A stretch of DNA of 42,236 nucleotides from Gemmatimonadota bacterium (GTDB lineage: Bacteria; Gemmatimonadota; Gemmatimonadetes; Palauibacterales; Palauibacteraceae): positions 1 to 42,236 of the forward strand of contig JAKSCH010000456.1 in NCBI GenBank assembly GCA_022360695.1, in the 5' to 3' direction. Below, one piece after another: positions 33,669 to 42,236 of the stretch. A program made the translations under genes and the position numbers. Below the pieces are notes generated by a model, which did not search any database, had not been told where the DNA came from, and saw only the letters and a program-made list of their open reading frames with translations. The stretch's first letter is position 1; every line of letters starts with the position of its first letter.

Positions 33669-35475
33669 GTCGAAGTGGACCGCCGCGCTCGTCTTCGCCC
33701 TCGCCGCGTGCTCGACCGCGGGACCCGAGAACCCCGCAGACCTGATCCTGGTCAACGGGGACGTCTATACGCTCGATGACCAGCGACCGTCGCCCGAGGC
33801 GGTAGCCATCCGCGGCGAGCATATCGTCGCGGTGGGCTCGAACGCGGACGCCCGTGCGCTCGAAGGACCGGATACCCGCGTCATCGATCTCGAAGGCGCC
33901 TTCGTGTCGCCCGGTTTCAACGACGGCCACGTCCACGTCGAGAGCACGGGTCAGCTCATCGTCGGCGTCAACCTGCTCGAGGTCCACGAGCCAGAAGGGT
34001 TCACCGAGAAGCTGGCGGGTGCGGCGGATCGGATGCCCGAAGGGAGCTGGATCACGCGTGGCGACTGGGGTGCCTACGAGCAGTGGGAAGCCGGGTCGAC
34101 CGGCCGCGAGGCCGAGGGCGGTGGCCCGGCGGGCGGACCGTTCAAGCCGCACCGCGACCTCATCGACGGCGTCACGCCGAGCCACCCGGTCCTGGTCAAC
34201 CGGTTCAATCGGTCGATGTACCTGGCGAACAGCCTGGCGCTCGAGATGGCCGGTATCGATGAATCCACCCCGAATCCTCCCGGCGGCGAGATCGAGCGCG
34301 ACGCGGACGGACGCGTCACGGGGATCCTGAGGGGCACGGCCGTCGATCTCGTCCGCGCCGCGATGACCCCGAAGTCGTTCGAGCAGCGGCTGACTGAGGT
34401 CCGTGCCGTGCTCGACGAGGCGCGTCGCGGCGGCGTGACCACCATCCAGGACATCACGTCATCGGAGCAGCTTCAGGCCTATCAAGAGCTCAAGAACCGC
34501 GGGGAGCTCACCGCGCGGATCAACATCCGACCTTCGCTCGACAACGTCACCCACACCGGTGGACTCGGGATCTCCCGGGGGTTCGGGGATGATTGGCTGC
34601 GCTTCATCGGGTACAAGGCGTGGGTCGACGGGATCATGGGCGGCTCGAGCGCGATGTTCTACGAGGCGTACGATCACGCGCCGGGCAACTTCGGGATCGT
34701 GCGGCAGATCATGCTGCCCGAGGGCGTCGAGGGCCTGGCGCTCTCGCTCGATCGCGACCAGAGCTATACCGAGTTTCCGGAGGGGAACCTCCAGCGATTG
34801 ATCGAGGAGTCGATCGCCACGGGGCTGCCGCCGCACGTGCACGCGATCGGCGACAAGGCGGTCAAGATCCTGCTCGACATCTTCGAGACCGTGCTCAGCG
34901 AGAACGACATGATCTATGCGGATCACCGGTGGCGGATGATCCACGCCCAGGTCGTCGAGGAGCGCGACTTCCACCGGTTCGGCGAGCTGAACATCGTGGC
35001 CGAGGTGAACCCGTACCACATCTCCGATGACATGCGGTGGATGGAGGAGCGGATCGGGTACGAGCGCTCGGGCGGCGCGTACGCGTTTCGCGATCTCAAG
35101 GACGCGGGCGCGGTGCTGGTCTTCGGGAGCGACAGCCCCGGCACGAACGCGGCCCGCTATTTCCTCAACCCCCGATACGGGCTGTACGCGGCCGTGAGCC
35201 GGCAGACGCTATCGGGCGAGCCCCCTGAGGGCTGGTTCCCCGAGCAGCGGCTCACGATCGAGGAGGCGATGGAGGCCTACACGAAGAACCCGGCGTGGGC
35301 CTCGTTCGAAGAGGACGTGAAGGGGACGCTGACCCCGGGGAAGTTGGCCGACATCGCGGTCTTCGACACCGATCTCATCGAGGCCGGCCATACGGAGCCG
35401 GCCCGGCTGCTCGAGGCCGAGGTGTTGTACACGATCGTCGGCGGCGATGTCGTGTTCGAGCGCGACGCGCAGTAG
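33667..35475 (+). CDS. amidohydrolase-3 family (YtcJ-like) lipoprotein
   Basis: Lipobox VFALAAC. PGFNDGHVHV, HVHAIGDKAV, HAQV and VFGSDSP are metal-ligand motifs of the family. Confidence 0.9.
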   Translation: MSKWTAALVFALAACSTAGPENPADLILVNGDVYTLDDQRPSPEAVAIRGEHIVAVGSNADARALEGPDTRVIDLEGAFVSPGFNDGHVHVESTGQLIVGVNLLEVHEPEGFTEKLAGAADRMPEGSWITRGDWGAYEQWEAGSTGREAEGGGPAGGPFKPHRDLIDGVTPSHPVLVNRFNRSMYLANSLALEMAGIDESTPNPPGGEIERDADGRVTGILRGTAVDLVRAAMTPKSFEQRLTEVRAVLDEARRGGVTTIQDITSSEQLQAYQELKNRGELTARINIRPSLDNVTHTGGLGISRGFGDDWLRFIGYKAWVDGIMGGSSAMFYEAYDHAPGNFGIVRQIMLPEGVEGLALSLDRDQSYTEFPEGNLQRLIEESIATGLPPHVHAIGDKAVKILLDIFETVLSENDMIYADHRWRMIHAQVVEERDFHRFGELNIVAEVNPYHISDDMRWMEERIGYERSGGAYAFRDLKDAGAVLVFGSDSPGTNAARYFLNPRYGLYAAVSRQTLSGEPPEGWFPEQRLTIEEAMEAYTKNPAWASFEEDVKGTLTPGKLADIAVFDTDLIEAGHTEPARLLEAEVLYTIVGGDVVFERDAQ

Positions 35476-35500
35476 GCGAAGCGGCCTCGCACACCTCTCT

Positions 35501-37855
35501 CTAGGGGACGAGCCGAGGCCTCGCGTCGTTCCTCAACAGGAACAGACCGTCGCCGGTGCCCGTGACGGCGATCGTGCCGCTCTCGAAGAACGGGTAGTTG
35601 CTCCACGAGGCGCCGCCCTCGTACGGCGACGTGTCCAGGAACCCGACCTCGACGGGGTTCGCGGGGTCCGAGATGTCGAGCACGCGAAAACCGGCAGAGT
35701 AGTTCGACTGGTACATGAGGTCGCCGACGACGTAGAGGTTGTGGTCGGTCGCCGTGGTCTCGGCGATGTGCTCGTTCACGAGGATCGGGTCGTCGAGGTC
35801 GGTCACGTCCCAGACGAGCGTGCGGGTCCCCTCCACGAGCCCCTGCGGCTCGTCGCCCTCGTCGTTCATGTAGAAGTAGCGGTGGTCCTCGGTGAGCCAC
35901 CCCTGGTGGGCGTACGCGACGTTGGGATACGAGAGCGTCGACAGCCCGATCGGGGCGTCTTTGTCCGTGACATCGGCGATGTTGAGCGCGTTCTCGTTCG
36001 AGCCGAGACAGATCTCCTTGCCGACATGCTCGGCATCCGGACCCCGGTAGATGACGCACTGCGCGTCGTGCACGTATCCGGTGCCCCGCCGGCCCGTGCC
36101 CTCCTGCGCGAAACAGCCGGCGAACGCCGGACGCGCCGGGTCCTCGAGATCGATCATGTGGAGGCCGCCTCCGCACGTCTCCCCGCCGCCGCTGTTGCCG
36201 ACGGCGTACGCGAACCCGGTCTCCTCGTTGATCACGATGTTGTGCGCCGAGTGGATCCCGTCGTAGAGGAAGGTCTCGGCGAACGTCACGGGCTCGTCGC
36301 CGACATCGCGGAGCTGTCGTAGGTCGAACACCTGCACGCCGTGCTCGAGCGCCGCATCGGCCACGACGTACGCGTGGTCGCGATACACCTTGATGTCGCG
36401 CCAGATCATGTGGCGCGAGCCCTCGGTCGCCGGAAGCTCACCGAGATACCTCGGGTCGTGCGGGTCGCTGATGTCCACGAACGCGGTCCCGTCGGTGCGC
36501 CCGACGATCGCGTACTCTCGCCCGGTCTGCGCGTCGGTCCACCCCCAGATATCGTTGACGCGTGTACCCCGGCTGCCGCCGAGATCCTTGATGGGGAGGA
36601 ACGACAGCAGGTTGACGTCGCGGCAATCGAAGTACGCCGCCTGCCCCTCCTCGCACTCGATCTCGGCGCCGGTGATGGCCTCGAAGCCGCGCATCTCGTT
36701 GACGAGCACGGCGCCTTCCTCCCAGCCGCCGCCGGAGCCGCGCTCGAACACGACGACGGCCCCGGCTCCGGAGTCGACGCCCGACGCGCCCGCGACGGCC
36801 AGGTCCTGCCCGATCGCCAGCGTCTGGCCGATCTGAGCGCGGTCATCGAGCGCGATCGGCGGCGCGAGCGCGGCCCCGGTCCACCGCTCGGCCTCTCGCG
36901 TGAACTCGTAGAAGGTCCCGCCGCCGCGGGTCCCCGGGGCGCCGACGACCACCGTCCCGTCTCGGGGCTCGATCGAACGACCGAACGACGCGTTCGGGCT
37001 CGCCAGGGCGGGCCCCAGCCGTTCGGAGAGCTGCCACCCGATCCCATCCTCGGCCGGTCCGAACGCGAACACGACGCCCGCTCGGTCGTTGACCCCGGGC
37101 GCGCCGACGAGCGCGAGATCGTCGCTCCACGCGACGGAGACGCCGAACTCGCTCCGCTCGGGAAGCTCGTCGATCGCGAGCGCGCCGAGATCCGACCAGC
37201 TCCCGTCCTCCGGGGCATGTCGGTACGCGCGCACCGCCGCGGGCGCTCCCCGCACGCTACGGCCCGCGACGAGCAACCGGTCCGCCTCGAGCGCCAACAT
37301 GGTTCCGAACCCCACGGCCTCCTCGTCCGACGCGTCGAGGCGGGCCGTCTCGGTCCATGTCTCGCCGTCCCGATCGAAGACATAGACGACGCCGGCTCCA
37401 TCGCTTCCCTCGGGAGCGGCCACCACGAGTCGATCATCGCCGAGGGCGACCGTCGAGCCGAATCCGCCTCCCGCGAGGGGCTCGCGCGGTCGTAGGCGCA
37501 TCCGTCGCGACCACTCGCCCGCGCCCTCGCGTCGGAAGGTGTACACGGCACCCGCGCCGTCGTCTTCGAGCGGCGCCCCGACGACCAACAGGTCACTTCC
37601 GGCCGCCACCGCACGTCCGAACCCATCGGGCGTGCGGTTCTCGTCGGACACCTTCAACTGGTCGACCTCGGTCCAGCGCCCGCCCTCGCGTCCGTACACG
37701 TAGAGGATCCCGGACAGGGTGCCGTTTCGCGACTCGCCGACCACGATCTGATCGCCGGTTACGGCCAAGGCCCCGCCGAACTGCTGACCTCCGAGATCGG
37801 AGACCGGGACGAGCAGCAGAGCGGTCGCGAGGGTGCGAGCGAGGCGTCCGGGCAT
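35501..37855 (-). CDS. exported fusion of a seven-repeat FG-GAP-like beta-propeller and a choice-of-anchor B / LVIVD-repeat domain
   Basis: GGAAGGA lies upstream of the ATG at 37855, followed by a signal peptide. There are seven repeats of the form GFG.SVA..GD.LVVGAP...D.AGAVYVF.R.G..W. The C-terminal half, with DIWGW, YAIVG, AHNIVINEETGFAY and HQGWLTEDHRYFYMNDE, is choice-of-anchor-B-like. Confidence 0.85.
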   Translation of the reverse strand: MPGRLARTLATALLLVPVSDLGGQQFGGALAVTGDQIVVGESRNGTLSGILYVYGREGGRWTEVDQLKVSDENRTPDGFGRAVAAGSDLLVVGAPLEDDGAGAVYTFRREGAGEWSRRMRLRPREPLAGGGFGSTVALGDDRLVVAAPEGSDGAGVVYVFDRDGETWTETARLDASDEEAVGFGTMLALEADRLLVAGRSVRGAPAAVRAYRHAPEDGSWSDLGALAIDELPERSEFGVSVAWSDDLALVGAPGVNDRAGVVFAFGPAEDGIGWQLSERLGPALASPNASFGRSIEPRDGTVVVGAPGTRGGGTFYEFTREAERWTGAALAPPIALDDRAQIGQTLAIGQDLAVAGASGVDSGAGAVVVFERGSGGGWEEGAVLVNEMRGFEAITGAEIECEEGQAAYFDCRDVNLLSFLPIKDLGGSRGTRVNDIWGWTDAQTGREYAIVGRTDGTAFVDISDPHDPRYLGELPATEGSRHMIWRDIKVYRDHAYVVADAALEHGVQVFDLRQLRDVGDEPVTFAETFLYDGIHSAHNIVINEETGFAYAVGNSGGGETCGGGLHMIDLEDPARPAFAGCFAQEGTGRRGTGYVHDAQCVIYRGPDAEHVGKEICLGSNENALNIADVTDKDAPIGLSTLSYPNVAYAHQGWLTEDHRYFYMNDEGDEPQGLVEGTRTLVWDVTDLDDPILVNEHIAETTATDHNLYVVGDLMYQSNYSAGFRVLDISDPANPVEVGFLDTSPYEGGASWSNYPFFESGTIAVTGTGDGLFLLRNDARPRLVP

Positions 37856-38006
37856 GGTTCCTTCCTGTGCACGCGGGTCCGGGCCACGAGAGCCGTGGCG
37901 GCTCGGAATGCCACGGCTCTTTCGAGAGCGTACACTACCATCTCGCGTGACCGGACGCGTCAGCGCGTCCGGCCGAACGCACAGCCCGAGCCGGCCGGCG
38001 GCCCAT

Positions 38007-40352
38007 TTGCCAGTCGACCTCGCCATCGTCCTCGGCATCCTCGCGATCGCCATCGTCCTGTTCGTGAGCGAACGGGTGCGTGTGGACGTCGTCGCGCTCC
38101 TCGTGCTGGTCAGCCTCGGTCTGAGCGGCGTCCTCACGCCCGAGCAGGCGATCTCGGGCTTCAGCAACCCCGCCGTGATCACGGTCTGGGCCGTCTTCAT
38201 CCTGAGCGGCGGTCTCTCGCGGACCGGCGTCGCGGGCATCCTCGGTCGGCAGGTGCTTCGTCTCGCCGGTGACAGCGAGACGCGTCTCGTCATCCTCATC
38301 ATGGTCACCGCGGCGGCGATGTCGGCGTTCATGAACAACGTCGGCGTCGCGGCGCTGCTCTTGCCCGTCGTCATGGACATCGCGCGTCGCACGGGGCGAG
38401 CCCCGTCGAAGCTGTTGATCCCGCTCGCGTTCAGCTCGCTGCTCGGCGGTCTCATGACGTTGATCGGCACCCCGCCGAACATCCTCGTCGCCGCCGCCGC
38501 GGCCGATCGGGGGCTCGAGCCGTTCGACCTGTTCGACTTCACGCCCGTCGGAGCTTCCGTCGTGGTCGCGGGGATCGCGTACATGGCGCTCATCGGACGC
38601 CGGCTGCTCCCCGAGCGCGACGTGAGACGCGAGCTCGTAGGAGGCGAGACCGAGCTCGGCGACGTCTACGGGCTCAAGGAAGGTCTCTTCGCCCTCGACA
38701 TCCCGGGGGACTCGCCGCTGGCCGGGATGACGCTCGCCGAGAGCCGGGTCGGGAGCGGGTTGGGTCTCCAGGTGATGGCCGTGGAGCGCAAGGGGCGCTT
38801 GGAGTTGGCACCGGACCCGACGACCGCGCTCAAGCCGGGGGACCGCGTCCTCGTGCAAGGTCCGGCCACCACGCTCGAGGACCTCGGCGCCCGCGCGTAC
38901 CTGACGCTCGAGTCGGAGCGCGTCGAGCTCGAGGAGCTGGTCTCGCCCGGGGTCGGGCTCGCGGAGGCCACGGTACCCGAACGCTCGCGACTGATCGGAC
39001 AGACGATCCGCGAGACCGACTTTCGCCACCGCTTTCACGGGTGTCTCGTGCTGTCGGTTTGGCGCGACCAAGCGCCGCTACGTACGCACCTGGCCTCGGC
39101 GAAGCTCGAGGTCGGTGACGTCCTGTTGGTGCACGGCGGGTTGGAGGAGCTCGAGCGACTGAGCGACAGCGCGGATCTCTCGATCTCGCCGATCTTCGAT
39201 CCGTTCATCCACGAGCTCGATGACCGCCTCATGGCGTGCTCGATCCCGTCCGCCTCTCCCCTGTGCGGGAAGACGCTCGCGGAGACGCGTCTCGGCGACG
39301 TGTTCAGTCTCGGGGTGATGGGCATCATCCGCGGCGATCAAAAACGGCTGATCCCTCATCCCGACGAACGGCTCGAGGCGGGCGATCGGCTGCTCGTGAA
39401 GGGCCGGCCGGAGGATCTCCGAGCCGCCGAGGGACTGCACGGTCTCCCGGTCGACCCCGACGCCGGCCCCGACGACATGAGCGCGCTCGAGTCGGAGCAC
39501 GTGGGACTGGGGGAGATCGCCTTGTCGCCACGCTCCAGCGCCGTCGGAAAGACGCTACCGGAGCTTCGGTTCCGCGAGAAGTACGGGATGAACGTGCTCG
39601 CGGTCATGCGAGAAGGGAGCGTGCGCCGCGACCTGCGTTACCTGCCCCTCAAGTTCGGCGACGCGCTTCTCGTCCACGGCCCGCGTTCGAAGCTCGGCAT
39701 CGTCGGCGACGAGCCGGACTTCATCGTGATCTCGGAACGCGTGGATGAGCCGCTCAGCGACAAGGCCGGCATGAGCGCGCTGATCATGACGGCCGTCGTC
39801 GGGTCGGTGATCGCCGGTCTGGCTCCCATATACATCGCGGCGGTCGCCGGCGCCGTCGCGATGGTGCTCACGCGTTGTCTCTCGATGGACGAGGCCTACC
39901 GGTCGATCGAATGGCGCGCGGTCTTTCTGATCGCCGGGATGCTGCCGCTGGGGTTGGCGCTCCAGGTCACGGGCGCGGCCGAGCTCCTGACGACGGGCGT
40001 GGTCGGGACCGTCGGCGACCTCGGGGCTCGGCCCGTGCTGATCGCGCTCTACGTCCTGACCGCCTTGTGCGCCCAGGTCATGCCGACCTCGGCCGCGGCG
40101 ATCCTGATCGCGCCGATCGCGCTCAACGCGTCGGTCGACCTCGGTCTGTCCCCACACGCGCTGCTCATGGCGGTCGGGATCGCGGCGTCGGGGAGCTTCA
40201 TGAGCCCGGTGGCTCACCCCGCGAACGTGCTCATCATGGGCCCGGGCGGGTATCGCTTCACCGACTACACCAAGGTCGGGCTCCCGCTCACGTTGATCTG
40301 CCTGCTCGTGACGGCGTTGGTGCTCCCGCTGGTCTGGCCGCTGACGCCATAG
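38007..40352 (+). CDS. SLC13/DASS-family permease with two central TrkA-C (RCK_C) domains
   Basis: LGLSGVLTPEQAISGFSNPAVITVWAVFILSGGL and LIGTPPNIL are present. Two regions of the L.V..GS.L.GKTL....L.. type lie between the membrane halves. There is no in-frame ATG. The TTG at 38007 or the GTG at 37947 is the likely start. Confidence 0.85.
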   Translation: MPVDLAIVLGILAIAIVLFVSERVRVDVVALLVLVSLGLSGVLTPEQAISGFSNPAVITVWAVFILSGGLSRTGVAGILGRQVLRLAGDSETRLVILIMVTAAAMSAFMNNVGVAALLLPVVMDIARRTGRAPSKLLIPLAFSSLLGGLMTLIGTPPNILVAAAAADRGLEPFDLFDFTPVGASVVVAGIAYMALIGRRLLPERDVRRELVGGETELGDVYGLKEGLFALDIPGDSPLAGMTLAESRVGSGLGLQVMAVERKGRLELAPDPTTALKPGDRVLVQGPATTLEDLGARAYLTLESERVELEELVSPGVGLAEATVPERSRLIGQTIRETDFRHRFHGCLVLSVWRDQAPLRTHLASAKLEVGDVLLVHGGLEELERLSDSADLSISPIFDPFIHELDDRLMACSIPSASPLCGKTLAETRLGDVFSLGVMGIIRGDQKRLIPHPDERLEAGDRLLVKGRPEDLRAAEGLHGLPVDPDAGPDDMSALESEHVGLGEIALSPRSSAVGKTLPELRFREKYGMNVLAVMREGSVRRDLRYLPLKFGDALLVHGPRSKLGIVGDEPDFIVISERVDEPLSDKAGMSALIMTAVVGSVIAGLAPIYIAAVAGAVAMVLTRCLSMDEAYRSIEWRAVFLIAGMLPLGLALQVTGAAELLTTGVVGTVGDLGARPVLIALYVLTALCAQVMPTSAAAILIAPIALNASVDLGLSPHALLMAVGIAASGSFMSPVAHPANVLIMGPGGYRFTDYTKVGLPLTLICLLVTALVLPLVWPLTP

Positions 40353-40428
40353 CCGAGGACGCATTGGCCGCGCTGGTCGCGCGCGGTACGTTCATGCCCA
40401 CCGCCTCTGATCCACGCCGGGAGGTCTC

Positions 40429-42236
40429 ATGGCATCGTCACCGCGCACCGTTCGCTCGATCATCGCCCTCGTCGCGCTCTTCGTGAGCGCACCCCTCGCC
40501 GCGCAATCGCGGTCGCTCTCACTCGACATGTACCTCGACTGGGAACGGGTCTCCGGTCCTCAGGTCTCCCCGAGCGGCGATCAGGTCGTCTATACGCGGG
40601 GGTGGATCGACAAGGTGAACGATAGCTGGGAGTCGACGCTGTGGATCGCCAACGTGGATGGGACCCGGAAGCGCGAGCTGATCAAGGGATCGAACGCCAC
40701 GTGGTCCCCCGACGGCACCCGGATCGCGTTCGTCGCGCCCGGCGACCCCGAGGGTCCGCAGATCTTCGTGCGCTGGATGGACGCGGAGGGAGCGGTGTCG
40801 CAGGTGACCCGTCTCGAGCACTCGCCGTCGAACCTGCGCTGGTCTCCCGACGGGACACGGATCGCCTTCACGATGCTCGTGGAGGATGAGCAACGCTGGA
40901 CGGTCGATCTCCCGAGCAGACCCGAAGGGGCACAGTGGACCCAGGGGCCCAAGATCGTCACTCGGATCGACTATCGGCAGGATCGCCAGGGATACGCGGA
41001 TCTCGGACACACGCACATCTTCGTCGTCCCGGCCGATGGCGGGACGCCGCGGCAGCTCACGGACGGCGAGTGGAACCACCGGGGTGCCGAGTGGACTCCC
41101 GACGGCGAGGAGATCTTCTTCACCTCGCTCCGGGAGGAAGACGCCGAGTACAACTGGCGCGAGTCGGAGATCTACGCGGTCGACGTGTCTTCGGGTACGA
41201 TCCGACAGGTGACGACGCGGCGCGGGCCGGACGGCGGCGCGGTGCCGTCGCCCGATGGTCGTCTGATCGCCTACACGGGCGAGGACTGGAACGACGACAC
41301 CTACTCGAACGCGGAGATCTACGTGATGAACCCGGATGGCTCGGGGATTCGCCAGATCTCCGGAGACTTCGACCGGGGGCTTCGACGCGGGACGCAGTTG
41401 ATGTGGGCGCCCGATGGGAGCGGCGTCTACTTCAACGTCGGTCGGGAGGGAACCCGGAACCTGCATTTCGCTTCGGTGAGCGGCGGCGTGACGCCGGTGA
41501 CCGAGGGTAACCACATGCTGACGCTGTCTTCCTTCTCCGATGACGGGCAGGCCGTCGGGCTGATCGAGGATTCGCACAACCCGCTCGACGTGATCTCGTT
41601 CTCGCTGGATCGACCGGACGATCGCGTCCAGGTGACGGCGGTCAACGACGATCTCCTCGATGGCGTGACGCTCGGGGAAGTAGAAGAGGTCTGGTACAAG
41701 TCCGTCGACGACTGGGACATCCAGGGGTGGATCGTCAAGCCGCCCGATTTCGACGCGTCGCGGCGCTATCCGCTGATGCTGTCGATCCACGGCGGGCCGC
41801 ACGGGATGTACGACGTGGGGTTCGACTTCGGGTGGCAGGAGCACGCCGCGAACGGATACGTCGTCCTCTACACGAACCCCCGAGGGAGCGCGGGCTACGG
41901 GAGCGCGTTCGGGAACGCGATCAAGAACGCGTACCCCTCGAAGGACTTCGACGATCTGATGGCGGGCGTCGATGAGGTCGTGAGCCGCGGATACATCGAC
42001 GAAGACAACATGTTCGTGTACGGCTGCTCGGGCGGTGGCGTCCTGACGTCTTGGGTCGTCGGGCACACGGATCGATTCCGCGCCGCTTCCGCCAATTGCC
42101 CCGTGACGAACTGGCTCTCGTTCGTCGGCACCACGGACAGCCCGGGCTGGTACCACAACTTCGAGCACTTCCCGTGGGACGACCCGACGGAGCACCTGCG
42201 ACGGTCGCCGCTCATGTATGTCGGCAACGTGACGAC
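40429..42236 (+). CDS. S9-family serine peptidase (prolyl oligopeptidase / acylaminoacyl peptidase type), 3' end outside the window
   Basis: I translated this manually because there is no stop in the window. GGGAGG lies upstream of the ATG, followed by a signal peptide. N-terminal PD40-like repeats are WSPDGTRIAF (twice), WTPDGEEIFF and SPDGRLIAY. PLMLSIHGGPHG and FVYGCSGGG (catalytic Ser) follow. Confidence 0.9.
   Translation, partial: MASSPRTVRSIIALVALFVSAPLAAQSRSLSLDMYLDWERVSGPQVSPSGDQVVYTRGWIDKVNDSWESTLWIANVDGTRKRELIKGSNATWSPDGTRIAFVAPGDPEGPQIFVRWMDAEGAVSQVTRLEHSPSNLRWSPDGTRIAFTMLVEDEQRWTVDLPSRPEGAQWTQGPKIVTRIDYRQDRQGYADLGHTHIFVVPADGGTPRQLTDGEWNHRGAEWTPDGEEIFFTSLREEDAEYNWRESEIYAVDVSSGTIRQVTTRRGPDGGAVPSPDGRLIAYTGEDWNDDTYSNAEIYVMNPDGSGIRQISGDFDRGLRRGTQLMWAPDGSGVYFNVGREGTRNLHFASVSGGVTPVTEGNHMLTLSSFSDDGQAVGLIEDSHNPLDVISFSLDRPDDRVQVTAVNDDLLDGVTLGEVEEVWYKSVDDWDIQGWIVKPPDFDASRRYPLMLSIHGGPHGMYDVGFDFGWQEHAANGYVVLYTNPRGSAGYGSAFGNAIKNAYPSKDFDDLMAGVDEVVSRGYIDEDNMFVYGCSGGGVLTSWVVGHTDRFRAASANCPVTNWLSFVGTTDSPGWYHNFEHFPWDDPTEHLRRSPLMYVGNVT

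Noticed and set aside
35483-35520. Inverted repeat GGCCTCG...CGAGGCC between the convergent amidohydrolase and propeller genes; considered as a bidirectional terminator
   Set aside because: The stem is 7 bp, the loop is about 24 nt, and the repeat partly lies in coding sequence. There is no T- or A-tract. Support is too weak.
37856-38593. N-terminal 246 codons of the 1030-aa ORF 35501-38593
   Set aside because: This part is antisense to the SLC13 permease and reads as Ser/Thr/Arg/Pro-rich nonsense. The internal ATG at 37855 has a Shine-Dalgarno and a signal peptide.
40519-42195. 558-aa minus-strand ORF
   Set aside because: The plus strand here translates without stops into a textbook S9 peptidase (GGPHG, GCSGGG). 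The minus-strand ORF is an Arg/Val/Pro-rich shadow ORF.
1-42236. Search by eye for CRISPR repeats, tandem or dispersed repeats, IS elements, integrases, tRNA-Sec and selA/selB/selD
   Set aside because: None were recognised in this window. The absence of sel genes here does not bear on the Sec hypothesis, because they are usually encoded elsewhere. A computational repeat and tRNA scan (for example tRNAscan-SE, Infernal, MinCED) would be needed to be sure.

Overview
High-GC bacterial chromosomal fragment, densely packed with about 37 protein-coding genes on both strands. I recognised no rRNA, tRNA, CRISPR array, transposase or integrase. The domain repertoire hints at a Gemmatimonadota- or Acidobacteriota-like organism, but that is inference only: CarboxypepD_reg proteins, a DUF1592/DUF1552 pair, TolB-amidohydrolase fusions, a choice-of-anchor B protein, and many exported peptidases and hydrolases. 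Most long antisense ORFs in the track are Arg/Gly/Pro-rich shadow ORFs typical of high-GC DNA.

Main points:
1. Two adjacent minus-strand ORFs (13878-14222 and 14232-14642) are one exported BCP/PrxQ-type peroxiredoxin. It is interrupted by a single in-frame TGA exactly at the peroxidatic-Cys position, and a hairpin lies 15 nt downstream. This is a candidate selenoprotein. It sits next to ccdA and a TlpA-like thioredoxin.
2. The left ~1.8 kb has clearly lower GC and atypical codons. It encodes a LuxR-type regulator, a membrane-anchored CPLC thioredoxin-fold protein and a 77-aa signal-peptide-bearing peptide with 6 Cys. A beta-propeller lipoprotein follows. I cannot assign this small exported Cys-rich peptide module to a described system.
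3. There is a heme-c (CxxCH) protein fused to a PHM/DBH-like copper monooxygenase-like domain.
4. An acyl-CoA synthetase gene is frameshifted in an A4 run and 3'-truncated. It abuts a 3'-truncated convergent NRAMP-like gene at a GCGGCCGC palindrome, which indicates either a deletion scar or an assembly chimera.
5. A DUF1592-DUF1552-ankyrin trio is translationally coupled.

All family calls come from motif recognition by eye and from memory. No searches were run.
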